This document shows, piece after piece, positions 1 to 10,695 of a stretch of DNA of 64,000 nucleotides. Where the stretch lies: the NCBI RefSeq assembly GCF_001194135.2, contig NC_068984.1, positions 144,423,821-144,487,820 of the forward strand, given 5' to 3'. The notes under the pieces were generated by a model, which made no database searches, was not told the DNA's origin, and worked only from the letters and a program-made list of their open reading frames with translations. The position numbers were made by a program, and so were the translations under genes. This stretch comes from Octopus bimaculoides (lineage: Eukaryota). The first letter of the stretch is position 1. Every line of letters begins with the position of its first letter.

Positions 1-555
1 GTTGATATGTAATCAAAAAAATGGATGTCACATTATTTAATCTTATTGGGAGATTTGCATTGTTAATTACTCGGAGAGGATTATGCTGCTATGAGCTGGT
101 ACCATGTAAGAAGCACCCAATCATCATCATCATCGTTTAACGTCCGCTTTCCATGCTGGCATGGGTTGGACGGTTTGACTGAGGGCTGGCAAACTGGGAG
201 GCTGCACCAGGCTCCAATCTGATTTGGCAAGGTTTCTGCAGCTGGGTGCCCTTCCTAATGCCAACCACTCTGAGAGTGTAGTGGGTACTTTGTACGTGCC
301 ACTGGCACAGGAGCCAGTCGGGCAGCACTGGCATTGGCCACACTTGAATGGTGCTTTTTACGTGCCACCGGCATAGGTCTTAGTCAGGCGGCACTTGCAT
401 TGGTGTTAGTCAGGTAAAATGGTTGGCATTAGGAAGGGCACCCAGCCATAGAAAGTAAATGTAACAAAGCAGACAACTGAAGCTCAGCACAGTCGTCTGG
501 TTTCTTGCATCCTTCCAATCCACCCATGCCAGCTTACAAGATGATGATGATTATA

Positions 556-800
556 TACACACTGACTGGCACCGGTGGCATGTAAAAAGCACTATTCGAG
601 CGTGGCTGATGCCAGTGCCACATAAAAAGCACCCACTACACTCTCTGAGTGGTTGGCATTAGGAAGGGCATCCAGCTGTAGAAACACTGCCAGATCACAC
701 TGGAGCTTGGTGCAACCTCCTGGCTTCCCAGACCCCAATCGAACCACCCAACCCATGCCAGCATGGAAAGTGGACATAAAACAATGATGATGATGATGAC
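556..800 (+). mobile_element. Dispersed repeat family A (GGAAGGGCATCCAGCTGTAGAAAC...CCATGCCAGCATGGAAAG..(GAT)n tail)
   Basis: More than 15 copies. Same orientation: about 23770-23975, 31845-31940, 32830-33037, 34010-34340, 35310-35482, 50500-50783, 54780-54850. Reverse: 120-395, 7645-7915, 17159-17345, 20889-21100, 27664-27835, 49478-49765, 62890-63085. The tandem-trinucleotide tail suggests retroposition. Confidence 0.8.
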
Positions 801-941
801 ACACACCACTATATGTTGCTGTTAATTAGCAGATACAGAGATTTCTGTTTGTCTTGACTGTGTTCTAACAATCATTGTTTTCGTGAAGGTGATGATCTAC
901 ACACACACACACACACACCTATGTTAATATATCCCCTGCAT

Positions 942-979
<38 letters not shown>

Positions 980-1841
980 ATGTTAATATACCCCCTGCAT
1001 ATGTGTTCTTTTTATTTCATTTATGATTTGCTTATTTTAGTAATGTTAGAGTAAATGGATTAGCCTCTATCCCACCACGGGGCCAGCAAATCAGTGTCTT
1101 TCCACTCCACTGCTGCGGCAGCAGACCAAACTCTACAACCAACACAAAATGGACAACAGATCAAAGTCTAACTACTAGAACAACAACAACATTAGTTTAT
1201 TAAACAACAGAGTGGGGGTCATTGGAATGCTGAGTAAAGCAGGTTTTTTTTTCAATAACACTATAAATTATAAAAACATTTTCATTGAATGCTATGGATT
1301 ACAGTAAGGATAATCCATTGAGATTATCATTATCATGTCAATATCAATTCTGAAGCCAGGCAGGCTCTAGAAATGAAGAAAAGAAAACAAGCAAAAAAAA
1401 TACAACATCAACAACAATAAAGTTTGATAAAATACCACTACGAAACAAACTGAAACTGGGTGTTTTTTTTTCTTTCATCTAAACAAGACAGAAAGGAACA
1501 AAAATATAAAACTAAATCAACTAAAAGAACCGAAGAACAACAAAATCTACAGACGATGGAGATGAACTGAAGACAGACAGACAGACAGAGAAATAGAGAG
1601 AGAGAGAGAGAGGAGGGGAGAATACAGAGAGAGAGAGAGAGAGACATAGAGAGTGTGTGTAGCAGTGGTGGTGGGAGTTGACGTGTTTGGTAAGAGGGAG
1701 AGTGGTGGAGGGAGGAAGTGAAGAGGAGGTGGAAGAAGAGAAAGAAAAGATGAAGACAACAAGAGAGAGAGAGAGAGAGAAGAGCAGTGGTGGGGTGAGT
1801 GCGGCAGCAGCATCCAGACAAATGAGTGAGGTTACATTTAC

Positions 1842-1916
1842 CAAACACCTTCACTGAACGTATTGGGTGACCTCTTTGTTTTTCCTCTAACCTATTCTTC
1901 TCAATAGCGGCACCAT
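1842..1916 (-). CDS. OSBPL1A: ORP1/2 exon (D)GAAIEKNRLEEKQR+GHPIRSVKVF; 3' boundary uncertain
   Basis: Acceptor tttcttgtag before 1916; phase 1 joins the previous exon to give DGAAIEKNRLEEKQR (conserved A..EK.RLEEKQR). Donor G|GTAAAT at 1841 is the best of several candidates. Confidence 0.75.
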
Positions 1917-3268
1917 CTACAAGAAACAGAATCAGCTAGTAGACAACAACATCATATATATGTAGAGAGATATATATTTATTCTGGAACCGGTACATGTA
2001 TGTTTATATATATATATATATATACGTGTGTATATTGTATTACTGGTTCCAGCCGGTTGGTTGTGGCCATGCTAGGAAACCACCATCACACGTACAAGAA
2101 TTCATATCAAATGGAACAAAAACAAAACTCAGTGTGTGTGTGTACGTGTGTGTACATATAGCATCATCATCATCATCATCATACACACATACATATTAAT
2201 CAACATCCATGAGGCAAATGAATTTTGAAGCAGGAAGCATATATATATATGTATGAGCTTGTATATGTGTGTGTATACATATACATGTGTGTATATGTAT
2301 ATATATATGTATACACATACATACACACACCTACATATACATATGTAAGACATAGAAACTCATACATAAAAAATTTGTCCAAGTTCTCTCCACAAATGAA
2401 GAACTCAAGACTGGACAAGGTGTTACTCAGTGTAATAGAATTGTTAGCGGTGAAGACCTACAAGGATTTGGTTTTCAGTGCTGTCTGCATATAAATTCTT
2501 AACAAATATTGAAGAAAACAAAATTGAGAAAATGAAAGAAGAAAATAAAAGAAAAGGAAGAAAGAAAAAAAAACAACACTGTTTTGATGTAAAAACAAAC
2601 TAAGGATTCCCAAATTAAAAGAGTTATAATCAGTGATAGACTTCCGAGAATCATATTGTAACACTTTGGAATATTGGCAGAGGAAATGCAACATCCTGTT
2701 TAATCTTCCTATTTAATCAACAAATGGAAGACAGATCAAAAAACACAAACACAATACAAATGTCAGTTGAGAAAAAAAAAAAAAAAAAAAAAAACACAGA
2801 AAAATGAAAAACAACAATAAAAGAGGAATAAATATTTTGTTTTGATTACAGGTGATATATTTTATAAATACAAAGCCAAATGAGAGGGGGGGGGGTGCCA
2901 NNNNNNNNNNNNNNNNNNNNNNNNNNNNNNNNNNNNNNNNNNNNNNNNNNNNNNNNNNNNNNNNNNNNNNNNNNNNNNNNNNNNNNNNNNNNNNNNNNNN
3001 NNNNNNNNNNNNNNNNNNNNNNNNNNNNNNNNNNNNNNNNNNNNNNNNNNNNNNNNNNNNNNNNNNNNNNNNNNNNNNNNNNNNNNNNNNNNNNNNNNNN
3101 NNNNNNNNNNNNNNNNNNNNNNNNNNNNNNNNNNNNNNNNNNNCACACAGGGAACTGGAAAGCAAAACAAGGCTAAACACAGAAGAACGAACCAATTCTT
3201 GACAAAGAACAAGGCTGAAACCTCATCAAATATACCCCTCTCTCTCTCTCTCTCTGTATATATTTATG

Positions 3269-3307
<39 letters not shown>

Positions 3308-6300
3308 TTTATTTGTTTCAGTCATTAGACTATGGCCATGCTGGGGCAGTGCCTTGAAGAGCTTTGAGTCAAATGAATCAACCCCAGTATTCTTGTTTTT
3401 AAAGCTTGACACTTATTCTATTGGTCTCTTCTGCCAAACCACTAAGTTACAGGGAGATAAACACACCAACAGCGGTTGTTAAGCAGTGGTAAGGGAAACA
3501 CACAGACACACACAAAAAGGGCAACGGTATATGAAGGTCCACCTGAAACAAACGAAGGGGACCTCATGTATTTAAGTTACAGGGTTTTTTTGTCAAAAGA
3601 TAAACAAAATGTAAACTGAATGTGAGAAGTAGGTACCTTTTTGACATAATCTGGGTACCTCTACCTAAGTAATTGATGTACCTTGCTGATAAATCCTATA
3701 ATGACATAAAGTGTATACCCCACCTCCATCCTCAGGTGGGGGTTTGCGTATAAGCAATTGAAGAAACATGCAGACTGGAAAGAAGCAGAACTAACTTACC
3801 GATGTCTCCTTGTTCCAACAGACGAATGTCAGGCCGAAGGCGGGAGTCTGTTGGTGGTAACCTGTCTTTGAGGTTATCCGTCAATTCGTTCAGCATCATG
3901 GCATACAGGGTGAAGCTGAAGAACTGAAACACAAACGGAAGACACAACATGAAGTCACCACACCGTACTGACCATCGAAATGGCAAAGCAGGACACCGCC
4001 ACTTTCTCTCTCTCTCTTGGAGACAGTGATTCCATCTAAGAAGAGCAAACATTGAACAGAAGCATATAATTCTTATCCTTGACTACCAAACCGTTCTTCA
4101 ATCACTCACAACAAACTTGGTTTCCAATTTTGGCACAAGGCCAGCAATTTCGGGAGAAGCAGTCAATTACATTGGTCCCAGGGAACAACTGGTACTGATT
4201 TTATTGACCCCTGTTGGAATTTGAACTCAGAATGTAAAGATGGACGAAATGCTGCTAAGCATTTTTTCTGGCATAGTAATGATTCTGCTGGCTCCCTGCT
4301 TCCACTCACAACAAATATTAAATGACTGCCATATCAGGCACTGCCAGCCACATACACACACATTCCTCACACAATGGATATGAATAAACATTTTATTTAA
4401 TCCAACTAACATAATAATAACATGTAGCTAAGGTCAAACATAGACATGTAGCAGATATGACACACAGACTATTTTTGATCTCAATGATAAAAGCCTCAAA
4501 TTCTAAATTGTTTCCATTAAAAATTTCCCCTCATAATCTCCTGTATGACCCCAGTACTTTCTCTTTAACCCTTTTGATACCAACCCAGCTGAAACCACCC
4601 CTGGCTCTGAGTACAAACGTCTTGTTTTCATAAGTTCTCAATTAAAATCTTCCACCAAATTTTAGTCACAATTTATGTTCCTAACACTAGCTTAACCCTT
4701 CCATTACTGTATTTCTGTTGAGATGCTCTGTGTTTCTTTAAATTACTTTAAATATAACAAAGAGTTTAGTAAAATAACTTAGATATCATTAAGCTAGTGT
4801 TACGAACATAAATTGTGACTAAGGTTTGGTGGAAGATTTTAATTCAAAACTTATGAAAACAAGACATTTGTACTACAGAGACAGTTTCAGCCAGGTTGGT
4901 AACAAAAGGGTTAATGATAACTAAGTTATTTTACTAAATTCTTTGTTAGATTTAAAATTAATTGAAAGAAACAAAGAGCATCTCAACAGGAATATGGTAA
5001 CAGAAGGGTTAAAACATCAGCATAATAATGGTTTCAAATTGTGGTACAAAAACAAGAATTTTAAGGGAGGGGACATAAGTTGATTACATCAAACCCAGGA
5101 GTCAAAAGAATGAAAGGCAAAATTGACCTCAGTGGCATTTGAAGCCAGAACATAAGGGGTCAATGAAAAATTATTTACATTATTTACATTTTATGGATAT
5201 TTGTCCTCATCTTGTTTGTTGTCAACACAACATTTCAGCTGATATACCCTCCAGCCTTCATCAGGTGTCTTGGGGAAATTTTGAACCTGGGTTCTCATTC
5301 CTCAGATATTTTTTGTTATTATTATTATTATTATCATTACTATACAGGTCACTGCCTGTAATCGAACTCGGAATCTTGGGATTAGTAGCCCGCGCTCTTA
5401 ACCACTACACCATATGCCTGTGGGCTTTCCCCAAGACACCTGATGAAAGCTAGAGGGTATATCAGTTAAAATGTAGTGTTAACAACAAACAAGATGAGGA
5501 CAAATATCCATCATTCCTCATTTCTTAAATATAAAACTATTAACCAATGAAAAATGTTAGTTATTTTAGTAAACCCTCCCAAAATGTTTGGCTTATTGAA
5601 ACACAGAGTGTATTTCATAAGAAACCTAGTTACGTAAGGATTAAAAGAAATTCTTAATAAGAGTCCTTAAATGAGATAAACTTTTAAAATAAAAAGAAAA
5701 AATTAACTGGAGAGAATCAGGATGTTGAAAAAATAATTCCTTGCTTTTCATACCTGATTTGTGGTCTCTGGTCTAGGAAACGCTTTCCAGAGAAGAACTT
5801 GTCCTGGTATACCAGGATCAGCATTTGGAAGAACACCAGGAATGTCATCTGTGTCACTAATAGCAGCAGCTGCAGCGCCACCACTGACACCAGCCTCCTC
5901 ACTGCTTATGCCGTTCTGAGAGAAGAGAAAAAAAGCCATAGAAAGTAGATGCTTAGACAGATAGCTGTGATCACACACACACACACACACAGAGGACATG
6001 CAGCAGATGTTGTAACACACAGAGCTGATACTGTGACACACAGGTATGTATCAGCAGTTGTAACAAAGACATGTAACATCTGTTGTGACATTGACATCTT
6101 AGTAACTGTTGTGACACTGACATGACACGTGATGTAACAGCTACTGTGATACAGACATGTAACATCTGTTGTGACACAGACAAACATGCAGCATTTGTTG
6201 TGACAAAAGTGTCCCGACTGCAACAGGTACAGTTTATTCACAACTAAACTTCAAACAGATTTAATTTTAATAAAGTAACATTTCCTCATCCTCCTCCTCC

Positions 6301-9300
6301 TTCTCATCATCACTGTTATCATTATCGTCAACACCAACACTGTAATCATCATCATCATCATCATCATCAATGTAACATTTAACCTCCCAGGATTGAAGGG
6401 AGGAGGCATTGTGTCACCACAGTCTTTTTTTTAGTAGATGCATATATGAACAAGTATGAATTAATGTGTGTGTATATATATATATATAGGTGCGTGTATG
6501 TACACACAATCCCCCACCCCACCCCAAACTAAAATTTCTCATTTCCAAATATCAGTGACAGAAGAGGCTTCAGGAAGTGACACAGCTATGCAGCCAATGA
6601 ATTATGGGAAAAGAAGTGGGGGGGGGGTCATAAATTAACATATTGTTTGCTACTAAACACACAACTACAAAATGGGAGTGAAGCCTGTTGTCAGACAAGC
6701 AGACTGTGGATAGCAGCAAGCAGGCAGGTGAAGTAAAAAGGTGATTGAGGAACTACCAATATGGTCAACGAAGGCCACAAACATAAAATTAGATTGAATA
6801 AAACAAAACATATACTATCTTTTGTGTGAATTTGGGGTTAGATAGTTCTGCAAATTTTGGTAACTGTAATGAGTTATTAAAGGGTTTCACAATACACACT
6901 TATGAATAGTGAAGCTGTTTGTTAACAAAAGCAAGGCCAAAAAAATCAATGAAAAATAATGACTTATTTTTAATAATTTATTTCATTCCCCCTTCCCTTT
7001 GTTCTTATTATTGTGTGAGGCTGAGCAGGATTTGGTAGGGTTGAGCAGGATTTGACAGTGTTGAGCAGGATTTGGCAGGGTTGAGCAGGATTTGGCAGGG
7101 TTGAGCAGGATTTGGCAGTGTTGAGCAGGATTTGGCAGGGTTGAGCAAAGATTTTGCGGGGTTGAGCATAAGTGTGTAATTGAGAAGAAGTGTGAAAGGT
7201 TGAGCAGGAGAGTGTGAGATTGAGCAGGTGTGAGTGAAGCTGAGGTGTGTGTGAGATTGAGGTGGGAGGGGGCGAGGCTGAGAAGGAATGTGAGAGATTG
7301 AGCATGAGTGTGTGAAGTCGAGTGTGAATGTATGAGATTAAGTGTGAGTGAGGCAGAGAAACAAAATTTAATTATTTTTATCTATTTTAAAGCTTATTTT
7401 TTTTTCATTAAACATTGCACTTAAAAGAAGCAGCATTTTAATAAGATGATGTCCTAAGAAGATGCAAGGTGACGGATCCTTCTGACAATGTGGTGAGAAC
7501 AATAAAGGAGTTTGACAGAAGTGATGTTGTTGAACCCACACTGCACCGGAACCAAGTAGATTCAGTTCCATGTTTGTCTACTGGAGACACAGGAACCAAA
7601 TTAACTCACTTTTATCCACAATTCTCCACATTTCATGACATCATCATCATCGTCATTATTCAACGTCCGTTTTCCATGCTGGCATGGTTTGAACGGTTTG
7701 ACAAGAGCGGGCAGGCTGGGGGTGGTGGTGGAGGGAGGGGGGCTGCACCATGTTCTAGACATCTGCTTTTGCATGGGTTCTATGGCTGGGTGCCTTTCTT
7801 AACACCAACTACTGGGTGCTTTTTATATGATGCCAGCACAGGTGCTCTTCATGTAGCACCAGCAAAGGTGTCCTTCATGTAGCACCAGAAAGGGTGCTTT
7901 TTACATGGCACCAGCTCATAGTACACACAGTTTTTACAAGCCATTAGCAAGCGGTTGTAAGGACTGAATCCCCAGCAAAAATTTAGTCAATGCAATGAAG
8001 GTTGACCCCAGGTCAGCACTGATTCAGCAAGGACTGTGATTGAAGACAAACGAAAATCATTTCATCTTTTTAATCAGAGACTACATCAGCTAATGTGTCC
8101 TGCCTTTCTTTAAGACAGTAAGGTGTGGTCTGAGGGATATTTGGCTGCTATTTCTAATATGTCAGGTGTCCACAGAGAATTTTCTCATTGGTTCAAATAA
8201 GTTTGTTCATCAGATGTTGATAACTGGTTATGGATATGAGATCTGTTGATGCTGTTTAGCCAGAGGTCAACCCTCATCAAGTAGACCAGACACTTCAAAC
8301 ATGACCATCTATTTCACCACCACCACCCCCATCATCTTTATCTTTTCTCAAGACAGTGGGAAATGATTTGAGGTAAATTTAGCTGTTATTTTAAGTCAAT
8401 CAAATGACCATGTGGAAAATTTTTCATTGGCTCATAAAAGCTTTGTAATTTGGACAGATGTATGTTGGATGAAAGATGATAAGAGTGCAGAAAAGGGGTC
8501 AGTATGAAGAGGGTTAGTAGAGTTTTTAAACGAATAAAGAAGAGGTTGGGTCTTTCAAATAAGAGAACAGAATAAGATGAAGGGAAAAGATTCGTTTGTC
8601 AGCACAGAGAGAAGGATGATGATAATGATGATGATGATGATGATGAGAAATAGGAGTTTGGTGATAGCAATAATGCTGATGGTGATATTGATGATAAAGA
8701 TAATCAAGTAAAAGAGAGGTGAGGTGTTAGAAGAGGGAACACCCCCACCCCACCAAAAAAAAAAGTGAGAAAGTGACTTTGATTTCTCCTCACTGACTGG
8801 AAAGACATCAATGAGTTGAATGCTAAAGAGAGGTGAATGTCCAGTCAGGGTTAACCAGCCGACCGTAACAATCAGCTGGGAAACAGAAACAACACAAAGA
8901 GGTTCACTGAAGGTTGTGTGCATTCTAGATGGGAAGTAGAAGAGAATGGTGAAAATACTACAACACTTCCAATGCAAAACCCTTACCCTAGACAAAACTG
9001 TAGGGTTGTCAGCTGAGGAGTCAAATTTTTGAGTTTTCAAAAATTGTTCGTAAGTGCTTACATCAACGGCATACAAAGCTTGCACCCAGCTACCAAGGAG
9101 GGCTTTCACTTTGGTTTTACTGCAAAAGAAAACAAAAGACATTGTTATAGAAACTGGAAAAACATTCTTTTATTCTTTTAATGGTTTCAGTCAGAGGCTG
9201 GGGCCATGCTGGAGCACTGCCCTTCATGTCAATCATTTAATGACCAAATTTCTTTTGCAATTTGTTGCTTTGCTTCAATTAATTTTCGTAAATAACAAAG

Positions 9301-10603
9301 AATTTAGTAAAATAATTTTGTCATTATTAATCCCCTGACCACCATATTTCTCTTGAAATAAACTGCCTCTGTTTAAAATTAATTTTTTGTAAATAATGAA
9401 GAATTTGTCATTATTAAGCTGGTGTTTGGAATTTATGTTAACATGAAATTCTGATGGAAAGTTTTTAATTCAGATCGTTTTAAAACAGGATGTTTGTTTC
9501 CTAGAACAAGGACCTGTTGTGCAGGTTGATAGCAGAAGGATTAAGCTTTAAGGATTAAGGATTAATCCACTCACAAGGCTTTGGTCGGCCCGAGGTTATA
9601 GTAGAAGACGCTTGCCCAAGGTGCCACGCAGTGGGACCGAACCTGGAACCATATGGTTGGGAAGCAAGCTTCTTACCACACAGCCACTCTTGTATCTATT
9701 TTGCTTGAGTAAGAAAAAAAAATCTTCTTTTCCCTCGGACAAAGAGTTTGATTGACAATATCAAGATTATCTTCTCCCTTCAGCATTTGAACTTTTATCT
9801 AAATAACTTTTGGTAACCCAGATCATGACTAGTCTATGACTAATCTCTTTTCTGACACAGACAGAATTAGTGCTAAAGTCATTCCAAACAGGAACAACAC
9901 ACTAAAGCAACATAAACTTCAATGGGGAGTAACTAAATGTTGTGAGTGAAAAAAATTTTACGGTCAAAATTAAAGCCATAATGAAAGTTTAAAAAAAATC
10001 ATTAGAGCTAAGAGCTCGTCCAAGGCAAGGGAGGCAACTCTAAAATTTAAATTGATTAAAATTTGAAAGAGGAAGAGGTTATTCAATAGGGAGTTAGTCT
10101 GAAGCATGGTCAAGTACAAAGACACTTCTTGACATATTTCGGCCTTATGAAACCTCTTCAGTGAAACAGTTTTACTCATGCAAAGAATGATTGAGACAAT
10201 GAAAATGTTTTTTTTAATAAAAACATTTTTAAAAATTCACTGGTTAGGCAGATCTCATGATTGTGGCCAAACACTCTGCCAGATTCCTCTTTGCCTAATT
10301 CTTCATGTTATCACATCATCTTTGTCTTTGTCACTCACCATCCTATTTACTGCCAGACCAGCACTTGACGACATAAACAGAGTGATTCTGGGTCCTGATA
10401 ACAAGGCTACATTAGTAAAGTTTTTGCCATCTGACCTTCATCACTAGATGTTGGTCTGTGTCCAAGCCGCCGCCATCTGAATCATTCAATCTATGAGATG
10501 TCCAAATCATCTGCAGCATGTTATCTTAGACACCCTCAGTTGTTGCTTGATGCCAGCCACCCTCAGTATACATGCTTCTTACCCATATAAAGCTATTTAT
10601 ATT

Positions 10604-10695
<92 letters not shown>

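Noticed and set aside
1060-1132. Alternative terminal exon VWSAAAAVEWKDTDLLAPWWDRG-stop, with WDR resembling ORP YWDR
   Set aside because: It needs a phase-2 donor not evident in the preceding exon and lacks the WF and PDI motifs; probably chance.
5345-5418. tRNA gene (also the heads at about 27060-27143, 41836-41890 and 44960-45035)
   Set aside because: Box A/B motifs are present, but I could not fold a convincing cloverleaf, and each continues into a repeat body, so these are SINE heads.
7021-7160. CRISPR-like regular repeat
   Set aside because: The units are directly adjacent with no unique spacers, there are no cas genes, and the context is eukaryotic.
7469-7882. Plus-strand 137-aa ORF as a nested gene
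   Set aside because: The 3' half is a family A repeat; the 5' half has no recognisable homology or clear splice context.
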